Origin: Bacteroidales bacterium
GTDB taxonomy: Bacteria > Bacteroidota > Bacteroidia > Bacteroidales > VadinHA17
Direction of reading: 5' to 3'
Length of the DNA stretch: 64,000 nt
Assembly: GCA_035541795.1 (NCBI GenBank)
Contig: DATKMR010000001.1
Coordinates: 3,532 to 67,531 of the forward strand
The number at the start of each line of letters is the position of its first letter. The stretch's first letter is position 1. The notes beneath the pieces are model-generated. The model was given only the letters and a program-made list of their open reading frames with translations. It did not search any database and had not been told where the DNA came from. Of the stretch, positions 26,255-36,047 are shown piece by piece. The translations under genes and the position numbers were made by a program.

Positions 26255-27640
26255 ATGTTCAAAAGTGAAGTTTATTCAGCAAGGAGGAAAAAGCTCCATA
26301 ATATGATAAAATCGGGTATCGGCCTTTTCATCGGCAATGTCGATTCGCCCATGAACTATCCCGGCAACCAGTTTCATTTCAGGCAGGACAGCAGCTTCCT
26401 GTACTTCTTCGGTCTGGACCTCCAGGGATTTGCCGCTGTAATGGACTTCGATTCAGGAGAGGATCTTCTGTTCGGCAACGATTTCGATATGGACGACATC
26501 ATCTGGATGGGCCCGCAGCCCCTCGTAAAAGATCTTGCACTTAAATGCGGAATCACAAAATCCTTTTCCCTGAAAGAGCTCGAAACGAAGGTAAAGGCTG
26601 CTGTTGAAGGCGGACGAAAGATACATTTCCTTCCCCCCTACAGGGGAGAAACAAAAATGACGCTCGGCTCGCTGCTGAAGGAGAATCCCTGTCAGATGAA
26701 AACTCTCTCCTCCGTGGACCTTATAAAAGCCGTTGTCGCCCTCAGATCGGTAAAGGAGAACATCGAGATTGATGAGATTGAAAAGGCCGTCAGCATAACC
26801 GGGGAAATGCAGGTTGCTGCAATGAAAATGTGCAAGCCCGGAGCGCGGGAACAGGAGATATTCGGTGCAGTTGAAGGGATTTCCTGGGCAAAAGGTTCAG
26901 GTCCTTCTTTCCCGTCGATCATAAGCATCAATGGCCAGACACTCCATAACCACCTGCATTGCAATATTCTGAGGGAGGGGAGACTGATGGTAACGGATTG
27001 CGGAGCAGAAACCGATCTTCATTATGCCGGTGATATAACCCGCACTACACCGGTGGGTGGAAAATTCAACGACCGGCAAAGGGACATTTATGAAGCTGTG
27101 CTGAAAGCAAATACTCAGGCGATCCAGGCGGCAGGTCCGGGTAAGTCGAACAGGGATCTTCATTTCATCGCGTGTCGTGCCCTGGCCTCGTCACTTAAAG
27201 AGATAGGCCTGATGAATGGCGATATTGATGAAATTGTCAGTGACGGCGCTCACGCCTTGTTCATGCCCCACGGCCTCGGGCACATGCTCGGACTTGATGT
27301 TCACGACATGGAATCGCTGGGAGAAGACTATGTCGGCTATAACAGTGATGTGAAAAGGAGCGACCAGTTCGGTCTTGCATTCCTGAGATTTGCACTGCCG
27401 CTTCAGCCCGGCCATGTATTTACTATAGAACCGGGCTGCTATTTTATCCCGGAGCTGATAGATCAGTGGAGGGCCGCTGGAAAGTTCACCAGGTTTATCA
27501 ATTACGAAATGCTGGAAGGGTTCAGGGACTTTGGAGGGGTGAGAATAGAGGATGATATTCTGATCACACCAAAAGGAGCAAGAGTACTGGGGAACCCCAT
27601 CCCTAAAACGATTTCCGAGGTAGAATCAATCTGTTCCTAG
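26255..27640 (+). CDS. Xaa-Pro aminopeptidase (M24B, aminopeptidase P family)
   Basis: Pita-bread metal ligands in DCGAE...YAGDITRT, HGLGHMLGLDVHD, IEPGCYF and GGVRIEDDILIT. Confidence 0.85.
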   Translation: MFKSEVYSARRKKLHNMIKSGIGLFIGNVDSPMNYPGNQFHFRQDSSFLYFFGLDLQGFAAVMDFDSGEDLLFGNDFDMDDIIWMGPQPLVKDLALKCGITKSFSLKELETKVKAAVEGGRKIHFLPPYRGETKMTLGSLLKENPCQMKTLSSVDLIKAVVALRSVKENIEIDEIEKAVSITGEMQVAAMKMCKPGAREQEIFGAVEGISWAKGSGPSFPSIISINGQTLHNHLHCNILREGRLMVTDCGAETDLHYAGDITRTTPVGGKFNDRQRDIYEAVLKANTQAIQAAGPGKSNRDLHFIACRALASSLKEIGLMNGDIDEIVSDGAHALFMPHGLGHMLGLDVHDMESLGEDYVGYNSDVKRSDQFGLAFLRFALPLQPGHVFTIEPGCYFIPELIDQWRAAGKFTRFINYEMLEGFRDFGGVRIEDDILITPKGARVLGNPIPKTISEVESICS

Positions 27641-27643
27641 CTT

Positions 27644-28378
27644 TCAGAAAGCCTTGTAATACTCCCTGTTCATCCTGGCGATATTCGTCAGCTTTATCTG
27701 TTTCGGGCATTCAGCTTCGCATGAACCGCTGTTTGAACAGTTTCCGAAGCCAAGCTCGTCCATCTTTTCGACCATTGCCCTTACCCTGTCTTTTGCCTCG
27801 ACTCTTCCCTGCGGGAGCAAAGCGAACTGCGAGATCTTTGCCGAAAGGAACAGCATCGCGGATGCGTTTTTGCATGCAGCTACGCAGGCACCGCAACCGA
27901 TGCATATAGCTGAGTCAAAAGCAGAATCTGAATTTTTCTTGGGTATTTTTGTCGTATTCGCTTCAGGAGCTGATCCGGTATTTATTGAAATAAAACCTCC
28001 GGCTATCTGAATCTTGTCAAATGCGCTCCTGTCTACAATAAGGTCCCTAATCACCGGGAATGGCTTTGCCCTCCATGGTTCGATCCATACAGTCTGGCCA
28101 TCGTTGAAGAACCTCATTGAAAGATGGCAGGTTGTAACAGCCGCGACGGGCCCGTGAGGATGGCCGTTTATATACATGCCGCACGACCCGCAGATACCTT
28201 CACGACAGTCGTGATCAAAGGCAACCGGCTCTTTTCCTTCCTCTGCAAGCTTTTTATTAAGGGCATCAAGCATTTCGAGGAATGCCATTTCGGGCGAGAC
28301 ATTGTCCATTTTGTAGGTCTCGAACCTTCCCTTTGATGCCGCATTCTTCTGCCGCCAGATCTTTAAAGTAAGTTTCAT
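27644..28378 (-). CDS. sdhB: Succinate dehydrogenase / fumarate reductase iron-sulfur subunit
   Basis: Three Cys clusters: [26 protein letters not shown] and [12 protein letters not shown]. Confidence 0.92.
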   Translation of the reverse strand: MKLTLKIWRQKNAASKGRFETYKMDNVSPEMAFLEMLDALNKKLAEEGKEPVAFDHDCREGICGSCGMYINGHPHGPVAAVTTCHLSMRFFNDGQTVWIEPWRAKPFPVIRDLIVDRSAFDKIQIAGGFISINTGSAPEANTTKIPKKNSDSAFDSAICIGCGACVAACKNASAMLFLSAKISQFALLPQGRVEAKDRVRAMVEKMDELGFGNCSNSGSCEAECPKQIKLTNIARMNREYYKAF

Positions 28379-28463
28379 AAGCTACTGATTATTTAAAGTC
28401 CTTCAGTCGTGAAGTCGTGTGGTGATAAAGTTTCCATCTGACCACGGGACCCCGGATACGGGA

Positions 28464-30383
28464 CTATTTATAACTCCTCTCTTTAAGTTCAACAAATTCG
28501 AATTTCAGCTCTTCCCTGTGAAGTATGTGTTCCCTGCCCTCACCTGCATATTCCCATGCCGCGACATATGCAAAATCGCTGTCATTTCGTTTTGCTTCAC
28601 CCTCGGGCGTCTGATATTCTTCCCTGAAATGTGCCCCGCACGACTCTTTCCTGTTGAGGGCATCGGTTATCAGAAGGTCGGCAAGCTCGAAGAAGTCAGC
28701 GACCCTTCCTGCCTTTTCAAGATCCATGTTCAGTTCCATCCTTGTTCCGGGTATCTTCACATCCCTCCAGAATTCATCCTTCAGCTCGCGCACAAGTGAC
28801 TGTGCTTTTTTCAGTCCTTCCTCGTTCCTGACCATTCCCACATAGTCCCACATAATTTTTCCAAGACGTTTGTGGAAAGATGCTGCAGTCTGATGGCCAT
28901 TGATCGATAATAGCTTTTCAAGCCGTTCAACAGCTGTTTTTTCCGCCTCTGCAAATTCGGCAGTTCCGGTCGTAATTCTCGGAACCCTTATTTCACCCGA
29001 AAGGTAATTGCTGATGGTATTCGGAAGAATAAAATACCCGTCGCCGGCAGCCTGCATAAGGGAGCTGGCACCAAGCCTGTTGGCTCCGTGGTCGGAGAAG
29101 TTTGACTCTCCAACCGCATACAGGCCAGGTACGGTTGTCATCAGTTCATAGTCGACCCAGAGACCTCCCATGGTATAATGTCCGGCAGGATAGATCCTCA
29201 TAGGTTCTTCATAAGGATCTATTCCAGTGATCGTCTTATACATATCGAAAAGGTTGCCGTACTTGTTCCCGATTGCTTTTTTACCCTGCTTCACGATGGC
29301 ATCCCTGAAGTCGAGGTTTACTGAGAGACCCGTTTCGCCGACCCCGTATCCAGCGTCACATCTCTCTTTTACTGCTCTTGATGCGACATCACGGGGCACC
29401 AGGTTGCCGAATGCCGGATATCTCCTCTCCAGGAAATAATCCCTTTCATCGTCAGGGATTGAATTGGCGGGTCTCTTATCGCCTCTGGCTTTCGGAACCC
29501 AGACCCTTGCGTCGTTCCTCAGCGATTCAGACATAAGCGTAAGCTTCGACTGGTATTCATTCAGCTGGGGAACACTGGTGGGATGTATCTGTACAAAGCT
29601 GGGGTTCGCGAAGAAAGCTCCTTTCTTATGTGCTTTCCATGCAGCCGATGCATTGGAATTGACTGCCAGTGTCGAGAGGTAATAAATTGTTCCGTAACCG
29701 CCTGTCGCAAGAACGACCGCATGGGCAGAATGTCTTTCAATTTCGCCCGTAACCAGGTTACGTGCAATTATACCCCTCGCTTTCCCGTCTACCAGAACTA
29801 TCTCCAGCATTTCGCGGCGGGGGAACATCTTCACATTGCCTTTCTGAATCTGCCTGTTAAGCGACGAGTAGCAGCCAAGCAGGCATTGCTGCCCGGTCTG
29901 TCCCTTTGCATAGAATGTTCTCGAGACCTGGACACCACCGAAGGATCTTGTATCGAGCGTCCCGCCATAATCCCTTGCAAACGGGACCCCGATTGCAGTG
30001 AAATGGTCAATAACCTGGTTGCTCACTTCAGCTGCCCTGTAAACATTCGCTTCACGTGCCCGGTAGTCTCCTCCTTTTATCATGTCGTAGAAGAGCCTGT
30101 AAACGCTGTCGCCGTCATTCTGGTAGTTCTTTGCAGCGTTTATGCCTCCCTGCGCGGCAACCGAATGGGCCCGGCGCGGAGTATCCTGGTAGCAAAAGCT
30201 CTTTACGTTATATCCCAGCTCTCCCAGGGCCGATGCTGCACCGGCACCGGACAGGCCTGTACCGATTACGATTATATCCAGCTTTTTCTTGTTTGCCGGG
30301 TTGACAAGTTTGACGGAAGCCTTAAACTTTGTCCATTTTTCAGAAAGAGGACCGTCGGGAATCTTTGAATTTAAGATGGTCAT
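28464..30383 (-). CDS. sdhA: Succinate dehydrogenase / fumarate reductase flavoprotein subunit
   Basis: [42 protein letters not shown] and [12 protein letters not shown]. Confidence 0.95.
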   Translation of the reverse strand: MTILNSKIPDGPLSEKWTKFKASVKLVNPANKKKLDIIVIGTGLSGAGAASALGELGYNVKSFCYQDTPRRAHSVAAQGGINAAKNYQNDGDSVYRLFYDMIKGGDYRAREANVYRAAEVSNQVIDHFTAIGVPFARDYGGTLDTRSFGGVQVSRTFYAKGQTGQQCLLGCYSSLNRQIQKGNVKMFPRREMLEIVLVDGKARGIIARNLVTGEIERHSAHAVVLATGGYGTIYYLSTLAVNSNASAAWKAHKKGAFFANPSFVQIHPTSVPQLNEYQSKLTLMSESLRNDARVWVPKARGDKRPANSIPDDERDYFLERRYPAFGNLVPRDVASRAVKERCDAGYGVGETGLSVNLDFRDAIVKQGKKAIGNKYGNLFDMYKTITGIDPYEEPMRIYPAGHYTMGGLWVDYELMTTVPGLYAVGESNFSDHGANRLGASSLMQAAGDGYFILPNTISNYLSGEIRVPRITTGTAEFAEAEKTAVERLEKLLSINGHQTAASFHKRLGKIMWDYVGMVRNEEGLKKAQSLVRELKDEFWRDVKIPGTRMELNMDLEKAGRVADFFELADLLITDALNRKESCGAHFREEYQTPEGEAKRNDSDFAYVAAWEYAGEGREHILHREELKFEFVELKERSYK

Positions 30384-30402
30384 GGTTATTTGATTCTGAA
30401 AT

Positions 30403-31047
30403 TTATCTGAGTTGCCATAATGTAATTGAAATCAGGGCGAAACCTGCAGGAATGAAAATAGAGTAGATCCATGATATGGCCTTCACGACAGGGGTCCATA
30501 TCCTGTGATTAAGTCCCAGTGTCTGAAATGCCGAATAGAAAGCATGATGAAGATGAATTCCAAGCATCACGAAACACCACAGGTATATATAATCATATGC
30601 CGGGATTTTGAAAAGCGAATGAGCGACCCCATAGAAATTTTCAGGATCACCTTTTAGGAGTCCAAGCCTGATGAAGTAAAAGTTGAAAAAGTGAAGTATG
30701 AAGAAGACCAGTACCGTTGCCCCTGTCCAGATCATGAACCTTGACAGGGAATTGGTGCGCGACTTCTGCCCACCGGCATAGCCAACCGGTCTTGCAAACC
30801 AGTTCTGTATCTGCACGAAAATACCGTATGTTATATGTACGAGCACCGCAGCAAGAAGCACAATTTCAAATATCCTGATAAGCGGAAACGTGGCCATAAA
30901 ATGTGCAGCCCTGTTAAAGGGAACCGGATCGCTTTTTAAAAGCATGAGGTTAATGATAAGGTGAACCGGGAGGAATGTAATCAGGAATAATCCTGCCAGA
31001 GCCATCACAAATTTCTTTGAGAGTGAAGAGAAAAGAATCTTGTTCAT
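30403..31047 (-). CDS. sdhC: Succinate dehydrogenase / fumarate reductase cytochrome b subunit (five-TM, di-haem type)
   Basis: 214 aa with about 5 TM helices and conserved His residues. It lies immediately upstream of sdhA (19-nt gap), as in Bacteroides-type three-subunit enzymes. Confidence 0.82.
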   Translation of the reverse strand: MNKILFSSLSKKFVMALAGLFLITFLPVHLIINLMLLKSDPVPFNRAAHFMATFPLIRIFEIVLLAAVLVHITYGIFVQIQNWFARPVGYAGGQKSRTNSLSRFMIWTGATVLVFFILHFFNFYFIRLGLLKGDPENFYGVAHSLFKIPAYDYIYLWCFVMLGIHLHHAFYSAFQTLGLNHRIWTPVVKAISWIYSIFIPAGFALISITLWQLR

Positions 31048-31194
31048 CAGGTATATGGTTTAACTGGTCTTTATCAGCGATGTTGATGTTCATAAATGTA
31101 GTTTTAAAAAATCAGATTAACAATAACGCTTCTGCCTTGAAAAAGATAATATTTATCAGCTCCCGGGCCCGATTGACAGGAACCAATAATTGGT

Positions 31195-31202
31195 TAAATT
31201 TG
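31195..31202 (+). promoter_or_regulatory. Bacteroidota -7 promoter box (TAnnTTTG)
   Basis: Reads TAAATTTG, 16 nt upstream of ATG 31219. Confidence 0.45.
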
Positions 31203-31218
31203 TAAAAATCGGGTCTTC

Positions 31219-32022
31219 ATGAAAAAATATGTTCACTTCAGAGGGAAGAAGATATTTTATTCTGAAAAGGGGTTTGGAAAAACAATCATCCTTGTTCATG
31301 GCTATCTTGAGTCGGGAGAGATATGGGATCCTTTCTCAGCGAGGCTGGCAGAAAAGTACAGGGTCATCCAGGTGGACCTGCCTGGTCACGGAGGCTCTGA
31401 CATATACGAGGAAACCCACAGTATGGAGTTTATGGCATCGGTTCTTGAGGGACTGATGAACTCCCTGGGGCTTGAGAAGGCTTTTATTACGGGTCATTCC
31501 CTTGGCGGGTACATAGCGCTGGCTTTCCTGGAAAATTTTCCTGCAAGGCTCTCGGGCTACTGCCTGTTCCATTCGCATCCCTTTCCCGATACCTCTCAGG
31601 TGATCCAGAAGCGGGAGAGGGAAATCCTGATAGTGAAAGCCGGGAAAAAATTCCTGATGTATCCCGACAATGTCAGGAGGATGTTCGCCGACCATAACCT
31701 GCCGTCGATGTACAGCGAACTTGAGCGTTCAAAGAGAATAGCCTCGGAAATCAGTGCTGAAGGCATTATCGCCGTTCTCAAAGGCATGATGCTTCGTCCG
31801 TCGCGGCTCGGGCTGATGGAAGCCGGCAAGGTGCCCTGTCTCTGGATTCTGGGTGCATCCGACAATTATATCGATCCGGGCACAATGAAGGAAAGGGTCA
31901 CGCTTCCTGCCAATGCTGAACTTGTTGTCCTGAAAAGTTCGGGTCACCTGGGCTTTGTCGAGGAGACTGATACAACGGCAGCATCACTGCTTGAATTCAT
32001 TGATAAAAAAGCACTGTGGTAG
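31219..32022 (+). CDS. Alpha/beta-fold hydrolase
   Basis: ILVHGYL oxyanion region, GHSLGG nucleophile elbow and a C-terminal SGHLGF His motif. Confidence 0.8.
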   Translation: MKKYVHFRGKKIFYSEKGFGKTIILVHGYLESGEIWDPFSARLAEKYRVIQVDLPGHGGSDIYEETHSMEFMASVLEGLMNSLGLEKAFITGHSLGGYIALAFLENFPARLSGYCLFHSHPFPDTSQVIQKREREILIVKAGKKFLMYPDNVRRMFADHNLPSMYSELERSKRIASEISAEGIIAVLKGMMLRPSRLGLMEAGKVPCLWILGASDNYIDPGTMKERVTLPANAELVVLKSSGHLGFVEETDTTAASLLEFIDKKALW

Positions 32023-32069
32023 GTACTCCCGCCTTTGTGCACCTGTGGCGGGGATACTCATCGTGATTA

Positions 32070-33671
32070 CTATTTCTTCAGGTAATCAACAGCATACTTT
32101 AGAGTCGTATCGAGCTCCTGCCAGATCGGATAGAACCCCTTGTTGTCAATTATATTCCTGACAATGTAGGCTTTAAGCTGTGTATAGATAATCCTTCCCG
32201 ATGTTTTGATCCCCTCAGGATCCTTTTTGATCCCGTTTGTGGCAGCAAAACGAACAAACTGGTCGAGGAGCCCTTGCTTGTCGAGGTATTTTTCCATCTC
32301 ACCGTATTCGGTGAATGCTTTCAGAGTCTCCCGGTTGGTTTCGGTATATTTGAGGGCGAACCTGTAAATCATGGTAGGACGGACCAGCCCGAAGTAGTTT
32401 GAATAGCCGCTTGTGTCGTAAGGAACAAACTTGTCGGGCATTATACCTCCTTCACCATATAATATCCTTCCACCCTGTGTTTTGAATTTTGGAAGGTTGT
32501 TCAGGTGAATGCTGTCCTTCACCAGATATTCCCCCCTTGCAAACCTGTCGTGGAATTCCTCGTAGTATTTATCCGTGCCTTCGGTGTAAGGTTTTTGAAT
32601 CGATCGGCCGGTAGGGGTATAATATCTTGCTACGGTAAGCCTCATGCCCGATCCGTCAGAAAAGGGCACCGGTTCCTGCACGAGACCTTTTCCGAATGAA
32701 CGTCTGCCGATTATGGTTCCCCTGTCGTTGTCCTGTACCGCACCGGCGAGTATCTCGCTTGCCGAAGCAGTCATTTCGTCTATGAGGATAACAAGGTCGC
32801 CAGTTTCAAATTCACCCTCTCCCGTAGCATAAGCGTCATTCCTTGGCTGTGTCCTTCCCTTGGTATAGACAATTAGCTCGCCTTTCTTCAGAAACTGGTC
32901 AGCGATACGGATTGCCGATTCCATTATTCCTCCTGAGTTCCCACGCAGGTCGATTATCAGCTTGGTCATGCCCTTCGACTTGAGTTCCCTCAGTCCGCTT
33001 ATAAATTCATCGGGGGTATTGACCGCAAAGTTGCTTATTTTGATATATCCCGTATTGTCATTTATCATGTAGGAGACATCAACAGAATACCTTGGAATCC
33101 TGTCGCGGGTAATTTCGAAAGGCAACAGCGACTTGTGTCCTTTCCTGAGGATCTTCAGTTTTACGGTTGTTCCCCTGGGGCCCTTAAGCATTCCCATGGC
33201 TCCCTCATCTGTTATACCTTTACCGGCTACCAGCGAATCATTTACGTAAATGATTTTATCACCGGCAAGTACCCCTGCCTTTTCTGACGGGCCACCCGGA
33301 ACAGTGCCAATTACCAGTATTGTATCCGTAAGAAGGTTAAAGGTTATTCCGATACCGTCAAAATTGCCCTGCAGCGGCTCATTGGCTTTTTTCAGCTCCT
33401 TGGCCGGGAGGTAGATCGAATGGGGATCGAGCTTTTTCAGAATGGCTGGTATTGCTGTTTCTTCCATGTCGTTCCTGCTTACCGAATCGACATAATCTGA
33501 CTCAATAATATTTATAATATTACTAAGCTTATCGCTCTTGGACCTGATGCTTGAATGGTAGGAGTCACCTCTTTTACCCGGGAGGTAAACACCTGCTAAA
33601 ATTCCTGCAGCAAAAGAAACGGCGACTATTATCGGAAGGATTACACTCCTGCCAGTGTTATTGTATTTCAT
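32070..33671 (-). CDS. S41-family carboxy-terminal processing peptidase
   Basis: PDZ segment (GGPSEKAGVLAGDKIIYVND), DLRGNSGG and SASASEILAGA. I chose the start MKYNNTG (33671); in-frame ATGs at 33680 and 33692 are also possible. Confidence 0.87.
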   Translation of the reverse strand: MKYNNTGRSVILPIIVAVSFAAGILAGVYLPGKRGDSYHSSIRSKSDKLSNIINIIESDYVDSVSRNDMEETAIPAILKKLDPHSIYLPAKELKKANEPLQGNFDGIGITFNLLTDTILVIGTVPGGPSEKAGVLAGDKIIYVNDSLVAGKGITDEGAMGMLKGPRGTTVKLKILRKGHKSLLPFEITRDRIPRYSVDVSYMINDNTGYIKISNFAVNTPDEFISGLRELKSKGMTKLIIDLRGNSGGIMESAIRIADQFLKKGELIVYTKGRTQPRNDAYATGEGEFETGDLVILIDEMTASASEILAGAVQDNDRGTIIGRRSFGKGLVQEPVPFSDGSGMRLTVARYYTPTGRSIQKPYTEGTDKYYEEFHDRFARGEYLVKDSIHLNNLPKFKTQGGRILYGEGGIMPDKFVPYDTSGYSNYFGLVRPTMIYRFALKYTETNRETLKAFTEYGEMEKYLDKQGLLDQFVRFAATNGIKKDPEGIKTSGRIIYTQLKAYIVRNIIDNKGFYPIWQELDTTLKYAVDYLKK

Positions 33672-34128
33672 AAATGTCATTTTCAGGGTCAATATACACT
33701 ACTTCAATCCCGGCCCTTTTCAGAAGATGGAGTCCGTCGGTATTATGATATTTATTGCAGTAAACCACCCTTTTGATACCCGACTGTATAATAAGCTTGG
33801 CACATTCCATGCAAGGTGATGTTGTGACATAGAGAGTGGCATCCTCACTCGAGTTATGTGATTTTGCAACTTTTGTAATGGCGTTGGCCTCCGCATGTAA
33901 AACATAAGGATAGGTGATATTGTTCTCATCCTCGCATTTATTTTCAAATCCCGAGGGGGTACCATTGTATCCGTCGGATATTATCATCTTCTCCTTGACG
34001 ATAAGTGCACCAACCTGTCTCCTGACGCAATAGGAGTTCTTGGCCCAGATTTGTGCCATCTCAAGATATCTCTTATCGAAAGCGATTTGTTTTTCCCCGT
34101 ATGGCTTAATAATATCCTTTCCTGCCAT
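33658..34128 (-). CDS. Deoxycytidylate (dCMP) deaminase
   Basis: Zinc motifs HAEANAI and SPCMECAKLI. 156 aa. Confidence 0.9.
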   Translation of the reverse strand: MAGKDIIKPYGEKQIAFDKRYLEMAQIWAKNSYCVRRQVGALIVKEKMIISDGYNGTPSGFENKCEDENNITYPYVLHAEANAITKVAKSHNSSEDATLYVTTSPCMECAKLIIQSGIKRVVYCNKYHNTDGLHLLKRAGIEVVYIDPENDIYEIQ

Positions 34129-34281
34129 CTTGTTCTTTTAGTCCGATTCAAAAGTTCACAAAGTTAACTAAATTTTGATTTTTCTGCGTTATTTGCACAG
34201 AGTGAAGAGAGTTACACAGGTAGCAGATCACTTTAATATTATGAAGTTTTATTCTTTTTCTGGTTTGAGCAGCGTTTGAAT

Positions 34282-34289
34282 TATATTTG
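34282..34289 (+). promoter_or_regulatory. Bacteroidota -7 promoter box (TAnnTTTG)
   Basis: Reads TATATTTG, 24 nt upstream of ATG 34314. Confidence 0.45.
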
Positions 34290-34313
34290 AATAAATGACT
34301 GATAATTTTTCAC

Positions 34314-34670
34314 ATGAGGTACCTGTTGCATAATTCAGGCGAAGTAAAATACGTTGAAATTCCTGAAAATACCTTTATCCTTGGAAGCGAGGAAGAGGCG
34401 ACCGACATTGCCGCGTTCTGCTTTGAAAATATGACCAGCCGCCTTCTGCTTTCCGGCGGGAACCTGGATGACAGGTTTTTTGACCTGAAAACAGGTCTTG
34501 CAGGGGCCATAATGCAGAAATTCTCGAACTATCAGATCACTTTTGCCGCTGTCATTCCGGGAGAAAAGATCACGGGCCGTTTCGGGGAGATGGTTCTTGA
34601 GGCTAACAAAGGCAGGCAGTTCAGGTTCACAAATAGCAGGGACGAGGCAATACGCTGGATATCTGGATGA
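34314..34670 (+). CDS. DUF4180 domain-containing protein
   Basis: DRFFDLKTGLAGAIMQKFSNYQITFAAV...GRFGEMVLEANKGRQFRF matches my memory of the DUF4180 pattern (FF.L.T.LAG..LQKF.NY......G.....S..L.DFI.E.N.G). Confidence 0.65.
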   Translation: MRYLLHNSGEVKYVEIPENTFILGSEEEATDIAAFCFENMTSRLLLSGGNLDDRFFDLKTGLAGAIMQKFSNYQITFAAVIPGEKITGRFGEMVLEANKGRQFRFTNSRDEAIRWISG

Positions 34671-34836
34671 ACACGGGTCAGAATAAAATTGCAGCCGGTA
34701 TAAAAAAGTTGATAACATTTTGAGTTATGAACTGTTATAATAACTGGTGAAATGTATTTTTGCGGTAATTTGCAGGGCAGGTGAATATCAGTTCAATGAT
34801 GGCCGCCTCCCGAGACATGTAAAGTCAATAAAGGAT

Positions 34837-35415
34837 ATGAAACGGATCTTATCAATATTAGTCCTTGTATCTGTGGTCATGAATCTTGCCGGGCAGGGAA
34901 AATTCACGGATAAGCGCGACGGCAATGTTTACAGGACGATCAGCGTACAGGGAGTAACCTGGATGGCTGAAAATCTCAGGTTCAGGGCTCCACAGGGTTC
35001 TGCCTATTTTGAACGCGATTCAACCAACTCGGGCCGTTACGGTATTTTATACGACTGGACAACAGCCATGAAGGTCTGCCCTGAAGGCTGGCATCTTCCT
35101 TCAGGGGAACAATTCCAGGTTCTTGTAAGCTATAACGACCAGAAAGGCACATGGAAAAGTCAGAAACCCCAGTCGGATTCATTCGGGGTGCAGCTTGCCG
35201 GTATGCAGGATTATGAGGGAACCTTCAGCGAGGCTGAAGAGAGTGCCTACTTCTGGACCTCGACCGAATATGATAAGGAGAATGCCCAGTACGCCAGCTA
35301 TGTGATCGTTTCAGATAACCCTGTTTCGGATGTATCGCGTAAAGAGGACATCTCCGATCTTCACGGTGCGGAAAAATCAAACAAGTACTCTGTACGCTGC
35401 GTAAAAACCAGGTAG
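34837..35415 (+). CDS. FISUMP-domain (Fibrobacter succinogenes major paralogous domain) secreted protein
   Basis: Signal peptide, then FTDKRDGNVYRTISVQGVTWMAENLRF...YGILYDWTTAMKVCPEGWHLPSGEQF...YSVRCVK. Start at MKRILSIL (34837). Confidence 0.8.
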   Translation: MKRILSILVLVSVVMNLAGQGKFTDKRDGNVYRTISVQGVTWMAENLRFRAPQGSAYFERDSTNSGRYGILYDWTTAMKVCPEGWHLPSGEQFQVLVSYNDQKGTWKSQKPQSDSFGVQLAGMQDYEGTFSEAEESAYFWTSTEYDKENAQYASYVIVSDNPVSDVSRKEDISDLHGAEKSNKYSVRCVKTR

Positions 35416-35419
35416 GTTC

Positions 35420-35488
35420 AAAAAAACAGGTATATACCGGACCAAGCCTCCCGGCAATGGATCGCATTATGCCTGACTCCTGTTTTTT
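35420..35488 (+). terminator. Possible compound terminator or structured element after the FISUMP gene
   Basis: AAAAAACAGG (35421-35430) and CCTGTTTTTT (35479-35488) are exact reverse complements enclosing 48 nt. That insert contains smaller imperfect stems (GGCAATG/CATTATGCC). The element ends in a T6 run 70 nt after the stop codon. Confidence 0.3.
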
Positions 35489-35587
35489 CACCATTCCCAA
35501 CCCCCTGGGGTATATCACGGATATTTTATATCTTAGTGTTTTACGGCTGAGTTACATGTTCCGCAGTTAGACGAAATACAAATCAAT

Positions 35588-35896
35588 ATGGGTGGTAAAG
35601 AAAAAGTCTATTCCAAGAAACAGGAAAAACTGGCAAGATATTCCAAGGCACTAAGTCATCCTGCAAGGATATACATCCTCGATTTCATAGCCTCTTCAAA
35701 ATCGATGAGCTGTTATAGCTCAGAGTTGGCGGAGAACCTGACAATTGCCAGGTCAACACTTTCACAGCATCTTACCGAGCTAAAGACAGCCGGGCTCATT
35801 TATGGCGAGCCTGATCCGCCTTTCATAAGGTACTGCATTGACAGGGAGGCATGGGATGAAGCAAGAAAAATGTACAAGGCCTTTCTTGGAAGATAA
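35588..35896 (+). CDS. ArsR/SmtB-family transcriptional regulator
   Basis: KALSHPARIYILDFI...ELAENLTIARSTLSQHLTELKTAGLI is a winged helix-turn-helix. 102 aa. Confidence 0.85.
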   Translation: MGGKEKVYSKKQEKLARYSKALSHPARIYILDFIASSKSMSCYSSELAENLTIARSTLSQHLTELKTAGLIYGEPDPPFIRYCIDREAWDEARKMYKAFLGR

Positions 35897-36047
35897 AAAT
35901 CAGACAATCGCCGCCTGGCACCTTTTTTCTCCTGTTCACCGGCAGTAATGACCATGTTACAGCAGAGATGTAGGCATATACATAATAGTAAATAATCTTT
36001 GTCCTGAAATTCGTTAAAAGACTATTTTTACAAATTCAACCGGACAG

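Noticed and set aside
28379-28463. Short direct repeats in the 85-nt sdhA-sdhB spacer: AGTCGTG twice at 28405-28419, and ACGGGAC twice at 28444-28464.
   Set aside because: These are only 7-mers occurring twice each, which chance could produce. No convincing secondary structure or ORF is present. They might still be mRNA processing or stability elements.
29583-30368. A 261-aa ORF antisense to sdhA.
   Set aside because: It is a shadow ORF within a highly conserved flavoprotein gene. Its composition is Cys/Arg-rich and not protein-like.
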